A DNA stretch of 64,000 bases from an uncultured cyanobacterium (lineage in GTDB: Bacteria > Cyanobacteriota > Cyanobacteriia > PCC-9006 > JAAUQQ01), in the NCBI GenBank assembly GCA_963718615.1, contig OY970368.1:3584001-3648000 (forward strand). Direction: 5' to 3'. Below are positions 44,217-56,077 of this stretch, in pieces (positions within the stretch are counted from its first letter, which is position 1; each line of letters begins with the position of its first letter). Under the pieces are notes generated by a model. It ran no database searches, had not been told where the DNA came from, and saw only the letters and a program-made list of their open reading frames with translations. A program made the translations under genes and the position numbers.

Positions 44217-44820
44217 TCTAACAAGAACTCTTGGGTTAGTGGAACATCAAGACATAAAGCCATGGCAGAGCAACCTAACGGATAAGAAGCTGATTGGTGA
44301 GTCGTACGCTGACGAGAATGACTACAATAGAGTTACCGGTCTAATTTGCTTTGCCGCAGGATTAAAAAATCCTTGAAATCGCCATGAAAATGCACCCTTC
44401 AAACTAACGGTCACACACTAAAAGAGCAATTTCAAGCAAATCTACGAATCTAAAATGGCCTAATAGACTGAGAAATTATTGTTTGAGACGAGATTTTCTC
44501 CGCAGCAAAAGTAGTGCTTGCCTGAGACAGGCTCACGAAAAATCACGAATGTCACTCAAGATCTACGTATCCTTTGTTACGTGAAGATTCTCACATTTCC
44601 TTATGTACGGTCAAGCGTTGTTTCCTTAAATTGCCAAAAAACATCAAAAACTCAATTTTCAGCGATTCTGAGTCAATTTCTAGTGATTTCTGTGAATAGT
44701 AAATGAATTTCGGCAGTTTTGTCCGGATAAAGGGAAATGCGCATCTGGTAACAATTATGTATTTATTGAGGCACGAAACCCAATCTACGTAATCTACGTA
44801 GGTTATTAAATTCACGATCC

Positions 44821-46059
44821 TTAGAAAACAAATCGGCAAGCTAGATGAGTTCCTTGAAGTGCAGCCACAAGCTGCTCCACATGGGAGCGCTGATGCTGAC
44901 TGGATAGCGCAAACCGAAGCCGTGAAGTCCCTGAGGCTACGGTCGGCGGTCGAATTGCCGTTGCCAAAATTCCTGCTGCCTCTAACTGGACCGAGAGGGC
45001 GAGGGTGGCCTCCTCAGCACCGACAATTGCCGGGACAATCTGGGAGGCTGAGCCAGCGGTGTTGTATCCCAGGGATTTAAGTTGCGATCGCAACCACTCC
45101 GCTTCCCCCTGTAAATGTGCGCGCTCAGCCCCAAGTTGCGGAAACAACGCCAAAGCCGCCATCGCCGCTCCTACAACTCCTGGTGGCAATGCCGTGGTAT
45201 AGATTACGCCGGGACAAAAATTAATCAGATAATCTCGCACCGCTATCGAGCAAGCTACAAAGGCCCCCGAGGATCCGCAGGCTTTTCCAAAGGTTCCCAC
45301 TACGATGTCGATCCCTTCCTGTTGCGCAGCCAACCCCATACCCTGGGGACCGAGGACGCCGAACCCATGGGCATCATCGAGATAGAGTAACGCCCCGTAG
45401 CGATCGCCCAACGCCACTAATGCCGATACATCCGCGCGATCGCCATCCATACTAAATACCGTCTCACTCACGATCATCACCCGGCTATAGGACTTTGTTT
45501 GCGCCGTTTTTAGCTGTCGTTCTAGGGCGTCCAAATCGTTGTGGGGATAGCGCATAAACCGGGCTTGGCTAGCTCGAATTCCTTGAATCAAGCTGTTGTG
45601 AATGAGGCGATCGCACAGCACCAGCGCATCTCCATCCAACAACGTCGGCAACACCGTGGCATTGGCCTGAAATCCCGTCCCAAACAGCAGCACCGCTTCT
45701 TTCCCGAGGGCTTGGGCGAGCTGCTCTTCTAGCTGCCGATGGATATCAAACCCCCCGGCCACCAACCGCGAAGCCGTCGCGCCGGTGCCGTAGCGTTGGG
45801 TATAGTCCACGGCCTGGGCAATCACCTGAGGGTGCTTGGCCAAGCCAAGGTAATCATTGGCACTGAAGTTGAGCAAAAGGCGAGGGACTTCGCCAGACGG
45901 GGAAGAATCACCCCCGTTACAACACTGACGTACATAAATCGAATCGATCGGTGTGAAACAGGGGAGTTGGCGACGACGATGGTGGCGATCGCGCTCAGCC
46001 AGGGCTATTTCGATAAATTGCCAGGGGTTAGCAGACTGGGGGAAAGAGGACTGGGGCAT
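44821..46059 (-). CDS. bioF: 8-amino-7-oxononanoate synthase
   Basis: NFSANDYLGL, GATASRL, ETVFSMDGD, DDAHGFG, GTFGKA, AIRPPTV. Confidence 0.93.
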   Translation of the reverse strand: MPQSSFPQSANPWQFIEIALAERDRHHRRRQLPCFTPIDSIYVRQCCNGGDSSPSGEVPRLLLNFSANDYLGLAKHPQVIAQAVDYTQRYGTGATASRLVAGGFDIHRQLEEQLAQALGKEAVLLFGTGFQANATVLPTLLDGDALVLCDRLIHNSLIQGIRASQARFMRYPHNDLDALERQLKTAQTKSYSRVMIVSETVFSMDGDRADVSALVALGDRYGALLYLDDAHGFGVLGPQGMGLAAQQEGIDIVVGTFGKACGSSGAFVACSIAVRDYLINFCPGVIYTTALPPGVVGAAMAALALFPQLGAERAHLQGEAEWLRSQLKSLGYNTAGSASQIVPAIVGAEEATLALSVQLEAAGILATAIRPPTVASGTSRLRFALSSQHQRSHVEQLVAALQGTHLACRFVF

Positions 46060-46129
46060 GGGGGCGATGGCAAAGCGGACTTCCCTATTTAACTCCCCGT
46101 TTAACATCCCGCATTCATCGTTTTGATCG

Positions 46130-47437
46130 TTATTTGACGCTCAAATTTACATAGGGACCGCTGGACTGAGCATCCTGAAACAATCGATAGCGGGTTTGGC
46201 CGAAGGCATAGCCCGCCGAGAGCCGCAGCGATGAGTTGAGATGATACCCCACTTCCATCGTTGCGCCTAAACCACTGTTGTTGTCACGTTGACCTTGGTG
46301 CTGCGATTGCTGAACCCAGCGCAGATCGCCGTGCAGATCCAGGCGATTGGGAAATACATGGGTCAAACCCGCCTGACCCAACACGGCATGGCCTTGGTCA
46401 GATTGATGCAGGGCCAGTTGGCTAGAAACCTGCCAGCGCCAATGGGGTTCATAGATAGCGTTGGCCTTGAGGAGGTGGGCGCGGTTTTCGTTGTGGCGAT
46501 CGCGATCGCGGTATTCATATACCAACTGTCCCGAAACCGGTTTTTGGGCTGGGGCATAATTAAGCGCGATCTGCACTCGGCTGCGGGGATCCTGCTCGCT
46601 TTCCCGGCGATATTGTCCCTGAATCTGAAGCTTGACGTCAGAGGTAATCGGTCCTCCAAGGCGCGCCAAGGCTTTGGTGCGATAGTCGTCGCCCTGTCCG
46701 GTGCGGTGTTCGAGCTGAACCTCGGTTTTCCACTGAGGCCGCAGTTGGTATTGCAGTGCCGCCACAAATTTATCTCCTGAAGCGCTGTCCAAGCTCGGCA
46801 ATTTGCGTTGCAGCACCCCACCAAAAATTCGCTCATAGCTCATTTCCACATCCAGCCTCGGCATCGGTTGCCAACGCTGCTTCAGCCCAACCGCAACCTG
46901 CTCAGTCCAAGCCGTCCCTGAAGTCAGCCGCTGGCCATCCGCTAGGGTATTGAAATCCCAGTCCTCGTCCTCCGCTGGCATCCACTGGTAACGTCCGACG
47001 ATCTGCGTTTTCCCGTTCGCTTGAAGCGGCACCTGAAATTGCCAAGGCGTCAAAGACCGAGAATCCACCCCAGTAGGGACGAACGGCAGTTCGTCCGGCT
47101 GCCTGTTCGAGCTGAATTCCTCCGGCTCCAGTTTTTCCGCCGTGGGCTTACCAGGCTGCCCTTCATCCCGTTGCAATGCTTCAGCCTCAGACCACTCGGG
47201 CAAGACCACCACCGAAGCTTCAGGCGGTGTCGGAATCGCGCCCAACGCCAAATCCTGCACCGCCTGCTGAAACGGCAAGTCCTCGTTCACCGTTTCCACC
47301 GTCTCGATCGTCGACTTCAGCTCCGCACCCCCATAGCTTTCCTCTTGACTCCTTGCCACCCCATAATCGCCCCAAGCCCCAACCAGCGTCAGTGGAACTG
47401 TGAGAGCAGTACGCAGCGGAGAGCGAGCAAAAACCAT
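46130..47437 (-). CDS. Putative outer-membrane beta-barrel protein
   Basis: Alternating amphipathic strands with terminal aromatics (EVGYHL..LRLSAGYAFG, GPYVNLSVK). Confidence 0.55.
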   Translation of the reverse strand: MVFARSPLRTALTVPLTLVGAWGDYGVARSQEESYGGAELKSTIETVETVNEDLPFQQAVQDLALGAIPTPPEASVVVLPEWSEAEALQRDEGQPGKPTAEKLEPEEFSSNRQPDELPFVPTGVDSRSLTPWQFQVPLQANGKTQIVGRYQWMPAEDEDWDFNTLADGQRLTSGTAWTEQVAVGLKQRWQPMPRLDVEMSYERIFGGVLQRKLPSLDSASGDKFVAALQYQLRPQWKTEVQLEHRTGQGDDYRTKALARLGGPITSDVKLQIQGQYRRESEQDPRSRVQIALNYAPAQKPVSGQLVYEYRDRDRHNENRAHLLKANAIYEPHWRWQVSSQLALHQSDQGHAVLGQAGLTHVFPNRLDLHGDLRWVQQSQHQGQRDNNSGLGATMEVGYHLNSSLRLSAGYAFGQTRYRLFQDAQSSGPYVNLSVK

Positions 47438-47581
47438 AGTCGGCGGCTACGTATAACACGTATAACATCTGACTAAGTTATTACTTTCGTGCCGCAAGCA
47501 TTCCGGACAGAAAAATGGCAAAACCTCCCGACATACGCCAGAAGGTTAATTCTTTTATGCGACATTTTGGGTAGGGGGAGG

Positions 47582-48073
47582 CTAGGCAGCTCGTCGCTCT
47601 CGGCGGCTGAGGCCGTGAAGCTGAGGCGGGGGAGAAAAATCAGAGGTCGCTTCCAACAGCCGAGGAATTTCACCGCTGTTATACACTCGAAACTCACTTT
47701 CGACCGTCGCCTCAGCAGTTCGCACCGCTTGATTGATCACCAGGGAGCCCTTGGGGTCAGAAACCGAGCGATGGAACGTTCCCGGCGGAATCCGCAAAAT
47801 ATCGCCATTAGCCTCTAGGCGAACAATGTGAAAAGGCACGTCCCAGGACAAATTCACCAGATAAAACGTCCGTCCCCCACTCAGGGCCAGCAGGTTGTCT
47901 TCCTGATTGGGGTGTAGATAAAACTGCCAATGGCCGGTCTTGGAATTATTGGGGCTGACTGCTGGGCCGTCGTGATAAACCAAATCCCTCGCATTCGAAT
48001 TGGGGATTGTAATATCAAAAAATCGAACGTTGGGGGTATCTCTAAATTTTTCGTAGGAAATGAGTTCAAACAT
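47582..48073 (-). CDS. Cupin-fold (RmlC-like) conserved protein
   Basis: FRDTPNVRFFDI, FYLHPNQEDNL, LRIPPGTFHRSVS; ATG at 48073. Confidence 0.7.
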   Translation of the reverse strand: MFELISYEKFRDTPNVRFFDITIPNSNARDLVYHDGPAVSPNNSKTGHWQFYLHPNQEDNLLALSGGRTFYLVNLSWDVPFHIVRLEANGDILRIPPGTFHRSVSDPKGSLVINQAVRTAEATVESEFRVYNSGEIPRLLEATSDFSPPPQLHGLSRRERRAA

Positions 48074-48213
48074 AGAGAGGTCCTGGAAATGCAGTGGGGA
48101 GAGCAAACTTGCTCATGGATTTGATGGGTGTCTACACAAATTAGCTCGGGCATTCTTGACAAACAACACAGATTACGGTCCACATCCATGCGAAACTTGG
48201 ATGGATGTCATCC

Positions 48214-49152
48214 ATGAACATTTACCACCTGCATATTTTCTTAGCTGTGGTCGAGCACAAGAGTTTTTCCATGGCAGCGGATGTTTTGCAGATTTCCCAG
48301 TCGGCGGTGAGTCGGGCGATCGCCGCCCTAGAAGAAGAACTCAATGTCTCGCTGCTCTCCCGAGGACGCTTTGGAGCCTACCTCACCCCCATGGGAGAGC
48401 GAATTTTGCCTATGGCTCAGCAGGTTTTGCAGGCGCGCGATCGCATGGATGCGGAAATTAACCGGGAAAAAAGCCTCTATGGAGGTCGGGTGCGGGTGGC
48501 TTCCTTCCGCAGTGCCGCGACCCATGTGCTACCGCCGCTGATTGCTCAGTTTCGTCGGGCTTTTCCGCTGGTGGATGTGTCGCTCCTGGAGGACGATCCC
48601 ACGGATATTGAGCAGGCCCTGCGGGAAGGCAAGGTGGATATTGGCATTATTCCGCTGCCCCGTCCGGCAGAGGATTTAGAAACCTGGGAAATTGCGCGGG
48701 ATGAATATGTGCTGCTCTTGCCGCCATCGATGGTGCAGACGCCCCAGCATCCCACCTGGGAAGATATCGAAAACTGCGATTTTATTTTGCTCAACTATGC
48801 AGAATGCACCTCGGCAGTGCGAGAGCATTGGGCCAAGTGGGGGCGGACAATCAAGGAATCTCACGGGATTCGCGGCGATTCGACGATTGTCAGCATGGTG
48901 TCCCAGGATCTCGGCGCAGCGATTTTGCCCAGGCTTGCCGCCATGCCCATTCCCGAGGGGGTCCAAGTGCGTCGTTTACCCATCACCCTAGAGCGCAGTA
49001 TCGGAGCGGCAATCTTTAGCAATGTCCTCCACTCCCCCGCCGTCTTTTTATTTCTCGATTTGCTCCGGGGCACCGGCCAATTTGCCCACCGCCAGCTCGA
49101 CCAGTCCTTGCCCCTGTCCACGTTAAACCGCAGCCAAGACTTCGAAAAATAA
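48214..49152 (+). CDS. LysR family regulator
   Basis: SFSMAADVLQISQSAVSRAIAALEEELNV HTH; LGAAILPRLA. Confidence 0.93.
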   Translation: MNIYHLHIFLAVVEHKSFSMAADVLQISQSAVSRAIAALEEELNVSLLSRGRFGAYLTPMGERILPMAQQVLQARDRMDAEINREKSLYGGRVRVASFRSAATHVLPPLIAQFRRAFPLVDVSLLEDDPTDIEQALREGKVDIGIIPLPRPAEDLETWEIARDEYVLLLPPSMVQTPQHPTWEDIENCDFILLNYAECTSAVREHWAKWGRTIKESHGIRGDSTIVSMVSQDLGAAILPRLAAMPIPEGVQVRRLPITLERSIGAAIFSNVLHSPAVFLFLDLLRGTGQFAHRQLDQSLPLSTLNRSQDFEK

Positions 49153-49190
49153 TCTGGAGAGGGGCGCATCCCAAAGCAACCCAAGGCAGC

Positions 49191-49583
49191 CTAAGACATT
49201 CGGCGAGCCAGCAACTGCTCCTCCAAAGCTGCAATCCGACTATAGGCAGCCGTAAGCTGTGCCGTGAGCCGCTGTACCTGAATTTCTGGCGCTAGGGCTC
49301 GGACTTCCGCCGATGAATCGCTATTGAACTCACCATCATCTTCTAAAATATCCTTATGGTGATGGCCATTGCTATCTCGCAAAAGCGCATGGGAGCGAAA
49401 ACGATGCTCAAAATTGCCCGTCACCCCATTTAACGCCGCAGATTCCAGTCCATTGCTCTTTTTCTTGAGATCACTCAGGCTCGTCACCACTTCACCCATG
49501 GAGAGCGTGAGGCGATCGACCGCTTCGGAGATCGCATTGAGTTTGCTCTCAACGGCCTCAATTTTAATTTGTTCTGAACTCAT
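49191..49583 (-). CDS. Conserved cyanobacterial coiled-coil protein
   Basis: HKDILED...PEIQVQRLTAQLTAAYSRIAALEEQLLA signature. Confidence 0.75.
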   Translation of the reverse strand: MSSEQIKIEAVESKLNAISEAVDRLTLSMGEVVTSLSDLKKKSNGLESAALNGVTGNFEHRFRSHALLRDSNGHHHKDILEDDGEFNSDSSAEVRALAPEIQVQRLTAQLTAAYSRIAALEEQLLARRMS

Positions 49584-50455
49584 TGGAATCTCCCTTTAAA
49601 GCTTCGGCAAGTGACCCAGTGGCCTGAGCCTGACGCATTTCCGTCGACTAATTCAATTCGCTAAATCTTTTCGCTAAATCTTAATGATTCGCTGGATTGG
49701 CACTTTCGAGTCAGTGATCCCAAAAGAGTGACCCTAAGAGAGTGATCCCAAGATAAACGGCTGCTGCAACTTGAAGAGGATTGGCTACGCAACCGTTGCC
49801 AGATCCCAAACCTCACCGAACACCAGCATCGACCTCATCGTCACTCCTCTCGTTGTTCCGCCTTACCAACGTCGTTACGAAAGATCGTCACGAAATACCA
49901 GTCAATTTAATCCGCTCCAAGTGCACTGTCATCATGCTAAACAGCAGTTCTTCAGCCTTACCAATACTTACGAATCATTTAACGTTTCTGGGTAAATCGC
50001 CCCAAGTTTCATTGCGTTTTCTTAAGGAATTGATGCAATGTCAGAAAATTTTGAGCGCCAGGGATGCTTAAATTTTCCTAAACTCTCCGTGAATCCCAGG
50101 AGAAAGGTTGTGAGAGCCCTATTTAGAATCAGTGAGATTCACCAGATTTTACGGAGTACCTCAAGGGAGACCCAAGGAAATCCGCTCAAAAATTCAGAAA
50201 ATTTTCGCTTTTATCTCCTTTACAGAGGGGTTTTTATGATCGTGCTTCGGTGATCCAGCGCAGATACAAGTTGTCCATTTCTCCCTACAATAAATATTCT
50301 CTCCTTGAAATCCCTGCCCCAGTGGCCCCTAGTGGCTCAGGCATGGCCTCAGTCACCGCATTCCTGCGGAGATTGGGTTAGGGCAGATCAACCTCACTCA
50401 GGGCTCACAGCAATCGGAACGCGACTTAGGAACTACTATTGTTCACGGCTGCAAG

Positions 50456-52435
50456 ATGACGGAGTGGCTTGAATCTTTTAATTTCGATAACTCACCGCTG
50501 TTTCGCCTAGGACAGTGGTCCTTGCGACTATGGGATCCCTTGACGGAGTCTACCCCCTTGGGGTTCAACAGGGCCGGGGGAACCGTTAACCAGACCTATG
50601 CGGGGCCCCCGGTGTTCCCGATGCAATCGATGGCTTTGTTGAATACGGGCTTGGGTTCGGATGGGGGCAGTGGTCAGGCGGCTGATTTGTCGCCAGAGTT
50701 TTTGGGGCAGATTGCGAGACTTTTGCCCCAAATCCTCTATGTGCGAGATTATCAAGCCGAGACCGCGATACCGGTTACCCATTATTTGCAAGATTCGCTG
50801 CTGGATCGCTTGGGTGTAGTCGCAACGACAGAACCTAGGCCCGTCCTGGGGATTTTCCATGGTGTGGAATGGGACTTGCGTTTGCACCCGGCGGATCGGG
50901 ATCGCTGTGATCAGCATTGTCGGCAGATGGCGGCGATCGCCCAGACGAAACAAGCGTCCCCACCTTTGCAGCTAGATTGTCGTCTGCTCCATGCCCAAGG
51001 TGATTGGCGATGGTTTCGTTTTCGGGAAACGGTAATCGGGGCAATGCCCAGCGGCACCGGCAGTCGGGTGGTCGGTACCGTTGAGGATGTGACGGACCAA
51101 TATCAGGCCCAAAATCAGCTTTATCAGGCCCATTATTTTGATGGGTTGACGGGGTTGCCTAATCGGGATTTGCTCTTGCAGCGTTTGACGACTCAGCTAG
51201 AGGCCCATTCAGCCCAGAGGGAGGGGGGAGAAACCTTTGCGCTCTTGCTGATCGATATTGACGAATTTCGGACGATCAATAATCGTTTTGGCCATGAGAC
51301 GGGCGATCGCCTCCTCCAGGCCATGGGGCAGCGCATCCAGCCGCTGCTGCGTCCGTCCGATTGTCTGAGCCGTTGGAATAGTGATGTCTTGGCGGTGATG
51401 TTGACGGCTTTGCCTAGCGGTAAGGCGGCTCAGGATTGGATGTATCGCCTCCAGGAACAATTACGATCGCCCTTTCGGCTGGGCGATCGCACCCTGGTAG
51501 CCACGGCCTGCATGGGGCTGGTCACGGGGCAATCGGCCCCGGCTCCCCTGACTCCCGCCACCTTGGTGCAGTACGCCGAGGAAGCGCTAGAACAGGCAAA
51601 AACAGAGGGCGATGGTCGCTGTCGGTGTTTTGACCCGGCTCATCATCAAGCCTTGATGCAGCGGTTGGTGATGGAGGCGGGGCTGCGTCGGGCGATCGCC
51701 AAGCATGAGTTGGTGTTGCACTATCAGCCCATTGTCAATTTGGGGAATGGACGGCTAGAGGGATTCGAGGCTCTAGTACGCTGGCAGCATCCAGAGCAGG
51801 GTCTAATTTTCCCAACGGAATTTATTCCGCTGGCGGAGGAGACCGGGCTGATTTTGCCCTTAGGGCAGTGGGTGTTGCAGCAGGCTTGTGCCCAGTTACG
51901 GGAGTGGCAAAGCCATTGGCCTGGAGCAAAGAATTTGATTATGAGTGTCAATTTGTCTCCCCGCCAACTCCACCAGCTCAATCTCGTAACTCAAGTGGAA
52001 CAGGTTCTGCAGCAGACGGGCCTGACCCCCAAGAATCTCCGGTTAGAACTGACGGAAACGATGCTGATGGCGGATATTCCCCAAGGCCGAGCGGTGCTCA
52101 AGGCGCTGCGCCAACGCCAGATCGGGATTAGTATGGATGACTTTGGCACCGGGTATTCGTCGCTGAGTTATCTCGATCGTCTGCCGGTGAATACGCTCAA
52201 GATCGACCGTTCGTTTATCCAGCGCATGGGCAAACGGGGAGAGCGGGGCGAAATTGTTCGGGCGATCGTGGCGATGGCGCAAAGTTTGGGGCTAGATACC
52301 GTCGCCGAGGGCATTGCCACACCGCAGCAGTTGGCCTATTTGCGATCGATCGGATGCGACAAGGCCCAGGGGAGCTATTTTGCCATGGCCTTACCGGCAT
52401 CCCAAGCTGCTGCCTGGATTACCCAAGCCGCCTAG
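50456..52435 (+). CDS. PAS-GGDEF-EAL protein with a degenerate GGDEF motif; probable c-di-GMP phosphodiesterase
   Basis: [25 protein letters not shown] in place of Rx[28 protein letters not shown]. Start uncertain. Confidence 0.88.
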   Translation: MTEWLESFNFDNSPLFRLGQWSLRLWDPLTESTPLGFNRAGGTVNQTYAGPPVFPMQSMALLNTGLGSDGGSGQAADLSPEFLGQIARLLPQILYVRDYQAETAIPVTHYLQDSLLDRLGVVATTEPRPVLGIFHGVEWDLRLHPADRDRCDQHCRQMAAIAQTKQASPPLQLDCRLLHAQGDWRWFRFRETVIGAMPSGTGSRVVGTVEDVTDQYQAQNQLYQAHYFDGLTGLPNRDLLLQRLTTQLEAHSAQREGGETFALLLIDIDEFRTINNRFGHETGDRLLQAMGQRIQPLLRPSDCLSRWNSDVLAVMLTALPSGKAAQDWMYRLQEQLRSPFRLGDRTLVATACMGLVTGQSAPAPLTPATLVQYAEEALEQAKTEGDGRCRCFDPAHHQALMQRLVMEAGLRRAIAKHELVLHYQPIVNLGNGRLEGFEALVRWQHPEQGLIFPTEFIPLAEETGLILPLGQWVLQQACAQLREWQSHWPGAKNLIMSVNLSPRQLHQLNLVTQVEQVLQQTGLTPKNLRLELTETMLMADIPQGRAVLKALRQRQIGISMDDFGTGYSSLSYLDRLPVNTLKIDRSFIQRMGKRGERGEIVRAIVAMAQSLGLDTVAEGIATPQQLAYLRSIGCDKAQGSYFAMALPASQAAAWITQAA

Positions 52436-52579
52436 GGCTGGGTAGGAAGGCCATGGCCAAAAGACAATCATCAAGATCAATCAAGCTAGAAAGAGAAACA
52501 GTAAAGATAAAAAAGACAGGTCGCAAAACCTGTCTTTCAAATTCCAATGGGCTGATTATGGTATAGCTTGTTTCTAAGG

Positions 52580-54337
52580 TCAGTCGGCTACATCCGGAAG
52601 TCCTAACATTTCGGCGTTAGATTTGCCCGGTGCGACCATGGGATAGCAGTTTTCGTCCCGTTTGACATGGACATCGAGCAGGACTGGACCGTCGTGGGCA
52701 AGCATTTCGGCGATCGCCCCTTCGAGCTGCGATCGCTCTGTCACCACCATCCCCTTCACCCCAAAGCCTTCTGCCAGTTTGACAAAATCGGGCATTCCCG
52801 GCTGCATATTCGACGACGAATAGCGCTCCCCATAAAATGCCTCCTGCCACTGGCGCACCATGCCCTGCCAGCCGTTGTTGACAATCACCACCTTGGCCTT
52901 GATGTGGTACTGGGCGAGGGTGGCAAGCTCTTGAATATTCATCAAAATGCTGGCGTCTCCGGCCACGCAAATCACCTGCTCATCGGGTAAGGCGACCTGA
53001 ACGCCGAGGGCAGCAGGCATACCGAATCCCATGGTCCCGAGACCGGCGCTGGAGATCCAGCGGCGCGGGCCGTTTTTGAGAAACTGAGCTGCCCACATTT
53101 GGTGCTGGCCCACATCGGTGGTGTAGTAGGCGTCGGGGGCCTGTTGGGCCAGGGCGTGGATGACTTCCTGGGGGGCGATGCTGTCGGGATAGCTGGGTAC
53201 CACGAGGGGGTATTTGGTCTTCCAGGTCTGGATGCGATCGCGCCAAGCCTGGGTCTTGGACCCCTCAACAACACCATTCAGTTCCCGCACCCGCTGGAGC
53301 AGATCCACCAAGACATTGCGCACATCGCCAACAATGGGCACCTCAGGTTTGCGATTTTTGCCCACTTCCGCCGGATCAATGTCAATGTGAATGACTTTGG
53401 CTTTTGAGGCAAAGGCATCGAGTTTGCCGGTTACCCGGTCATCAAACCGAGCGCCTACGGCGATCAGCAGATCGCACTCGCTCACGGCAAAGTTGGCGTA
53501 GGCGGTGCCATGCATACCCAACATGCCCACGGCTAAGGGATGCTTTTCGTCAAAACAGCCTTTACCCATCAGCGTCGTAGTGACGGGGATCTGGAACATT
53601 TCTGCTAATTCTTTGACCTCTTCGTGGGCTCCAGCGGCGATCGCTCCACCTCCCACATAGAGCAGCGGACGCTCCGCCCCCTGCAATAATTGAATCGCCT
53701 GCTGAATTTGCCGAGGATTGCCCTTGACCGTTGGCTTATATCCCAGAATATGAACCTCGCCCGGTTCAATGGGCTCGTAGTCAAACTCTTCAAGACCCAC
53801 ATCCTTGGGCACATCGATCAAAACCGGACCGGGCCGACCCGTGCGGGCAATGTAGAAGGCTTCGGCCACAATCCGAGCCATATCGCGGGGATCGCGCACG
53901 ACGTAAGAATGTTTGACGATGGGCAGCGTAATGCCAAAAATATCCGTTTCCTGGAAGGCATCGGTCCCGATGTAATTGCGGGCAACCTGCCCTGTAATCA
54001 CGACCATGGGGATCGAGTCCATCTGAGCGGTAGCGATGCCCGTCACAAGATTAGTCGCACCGGGACCAGAAGTGCCAAAGCAAACCCCCACCTGCCCCGT
54101 AGCACGGGAGTAGGCATCGGCGGCGTGGCTGCCTCCCTGCTCATGGCGGACGAGAATATGCTGAATGCCTCCCACCGCTTCAGCTTCGTAAAGCGCATCG
54201 TAAATGGGTAGGATGGCACCACCGGGATAGCCAAAGATATGTTGAACACCGTGACGTTTGAGACTATCGATGAGCGCATAGGCTCCGGTGACGCGCTGCG
54301 TCTGCACGGCTTCTGAGGTTTCGAGGGGAGACCGCAT
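52580..54337 (-). CDS. ilvB: Acetolactate synthase large subunit
   Basis: [48 protein letters not shown]. Confidence 0.97.
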   Translation of the reverse strand: MRSPLETSEAVQTQRVTGAYALIDSLKRHGVQHIFGYPGGAILPIYDALYEAEAVGGIQHILVRHEQGGSHAADAYSRATGQVGVCFGTSGPGATNLVTGIATAQMDSIPMVVITGQVARNYIGTDAFQETDIFGITLPIVKHSYVVRDPRDMARIVAEAFYIARTGRPGPVLIDVPKDVGLEEFDYEPIEPGEVHILGYKPTVKGNPRQIQQAIQLLQGAERPLLYVGGGAIAAGAHEEVKELAEMFQIPVTTTLMGKGCFDEKHPLAVGMLGMHGTAYANFAVSECDLLIAVGARFDDRVTGKLDAFASKAKVIHIDIDPAEVGKNRKPEVPIVGDVRNVLVDLLQRVRELNGVVEGSKTQAWRDRIQTWKTKYPLVVPSYPDSIAPQEVIHALAQQAPDAYYTTDVGQHQMWAAQFLKNGPRRWISSAGLGTMGFGMPAALGVQVALPDEQVICVAGDASILMNIQELATLAQYHIKAKVVIVNNGWQGMVRQWQEAFYGERYSSSNMQPGMPDFVKLAEGFGVKGMVVTERSQLEGAIAEMLAHDGPVLLDVHVKRDENCYPMVAPGKSNAEMLGLPDVAD

Positions 54338-54508
54338 GGCAGGTTACCAAGGGGAATGGACAGATTAGAAAAAGCTTACTCGGAAAAGCTTACAGACAGA
54401 CTGGGGCAGTTGGCATGAGGGTCATAGAGCCAGAACTGTATTCCAGAATGCAATTGTCCTATTCTGACACCCTTATTCCAGGAGAAGCTAGCCGTGATGA
54501 CGAAAAAG

Positions 54509-55177
54509 TTAGGAAATCTCCACGTCGGGGCGAACCGCATTTGGCTGCGCTGGCCCGTGAGCGCAGTTGTCCTGGCAGGGCAGCGATCGCAAGATCTCCC
54601 GTAAGACAGCCGCTGCTGTAATTTTCTGAATTTGTTCCTGAACGGCTCCCTGGGAATGAATCCAAATCCCTGAGACGGTTTGGGGCGATCGCCACAACTC
54701 TAAATGTTCAACCCCCGGCTCCGCATAGAAAAACCCTGCACTTCTCTGGGGCCATTCCGAAGTGTAGGCCGTGAAGCGATCGTGACTCAGGCGAAAAATC
54801 GGGAAATCCCCAGCCAGGGGCACCCCCCAACCATCTAGGGCAATGAAGGCAGTGACGGGATGGCCTTGGCGTCTCCAGGTGCGGGCAGCAGCGATCGCCC
54901 CAACCACTCCGGCGCTGAAGCTCAGCCAGATGAGGGGAACAGGGTGATGGGGTGATGGCGTTGGGGGCCAGTGAGATTCGAGGAAATCGAGGACCGCTTG
55001 GGGAGAGTAGGGTGGCGTGGGGTACGGCAAAACCCACCAGAGGAGATTGGGGTCTAGAGTGGGTTGCAGGGCCTCCAAAAAAGCCGCAGTCAGCACCGGA
55101 GAATGCATACCTGGACAAACAAGAATGATTGCCGTTCGTCCGTTCATACCGTTCGTCCGTTCCTTTAGGACAGCCAA
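54509..55177 (-). CDS. Alpha/beta-hydrolase-like conserved protein
   Basis: CPGMH, SFSAGVVG nucleophile elbow, ALDGWGVPL, SHDRFT, HLELW. Start uncertain. Confidence 0.65.
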   Translation of the reverse strand: MAVLKERTNGMNGRTAIILVCPGMHSPVLTAAFLEALQPTLDPNLLWWVLPYPTPPYSPQAVLDFLESHWPPTPSPHHPVPLIWLSFSAGVVGAIAAARTWRRQGHPVTAFIALDGWGVPLAGDFPIFRLSHDRFTAYTSEWPQRSAGFFYAEPGVEHLELWRSPQTVSGIWIHSQGAVQEQIQKITAAAVLREILRSLPCQDNCAHGPAQPNAVRPDVEIS

Positions 55178-55920
55178 GACGCTTGCATCATCCGTAGCAC
55201 TTCGCCGGGGTCAACCCAGTTGCCTTGATTTTTCAGACCCCAATGAAGGTGGGGACCCGTGGTCCGTCCGGTCATGCCGACTCGGCCAATTCTCACCCCT
55301 GTCAGTAAGGTTTGGCCTTCGCGAATTTGGATCCCGCCCTTGCGATCGACCATATACCGCTGTCCGTCAATCACCTCAACACGACCATTCATGTGGCAAT
55401 AGATATGTTCCCAGGTGCCCGATTGAACCGCGATGGACGTTCCGCAGCGGCTATCGTCAGAAACTTCGACCACTTGCCCTTGCCACCAGTTGCGGATGTA
55501 GCTGCCCTCGGGAGCCGCCATGTCGAGGCCGTAGTGAAACTCCGTGGAGGGTCCGCCCGTCGCCGCACGACGGTAGCCAAAGGGCGAGGTGTAGGTCTGA
55601 AAATTCTCCACTGGGAATGAGGCCATGCGCAGGGCGCTGCGGGTACTGACCGCCTGAGCACTGGCGGGGGGCAGGCCAAACTGAAGTTCGAGCTGGGGCC
55701 AGTTGGGGAGCTCGGTCGAACCGGATGAAGCGGAATCCCACGCGGGTTGAAACGAAATCTGAGTAAAGAAAAACAGACCCAGGGTTGTCACCAGTCCCAA
55801 ACCCAGGCTTAGCAGTTGCTTTGATAGCCGCTTCAGAGGACGCTTCACCAAGCGTTTCAAAGGGCGACGGTTCACGGCAGTTTTCCTTGCAATGTGTAAC
55901 GGCCAAACTGGCTGTATCAT
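55165..55920 (-). CDS. M23 family metallopeptidase
   Basis: TSPFGYR, HYGLD, YCHM, GMTGRTTGPHLHWG. Start uncertain (55920 or 55995). Confidence 0.88.
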   Translation of the reverse strand: MIQPVWPLHIARKTAVNRRPLKRLVKRPLKRLSKQLLSLGLGLVTTLGLFFFTQISFQPAWDSASSGSTELPNWPQLELQFGLPPASAQAVSTRSALRMASFPVENFQTYTSPFGYRRAATGGPSTEFHYGLDMAAPEGSYIRNWWQGQVVEVSDDSRCGTSIAVQSGTWEHIYCHMNGRVEVIDGQRYMVDRKGGIQIREGQTLLTGVRIGRVGMTGRTTGPHLHWGLKNQGNWVDPGEVLRMMQASWLS

Positions 55921-56077
55921 ACGCCCTAACTCCTCCGATCGCCCACCGCGTTCGCTGAATTCGCTCAATTGCAATTTTGTAGGTTCTCGACTCATGTCAG
56001 GCAGACTTTCTCCAGGGACATCCAATCGTCGGTTCTCCGGTTTGGGCAAGGGGTTACGAGGGCTTCTGTTTGGCCCC

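Noticed and set aside
44217-44820. Riboswitch or small ORFs upstream of the PTPA-CTERM gene
   Set aside because: No recognisable c-di-GMP, glutamine or cobalamin riboswitch consensus by eye; the ORFs lack coding character.
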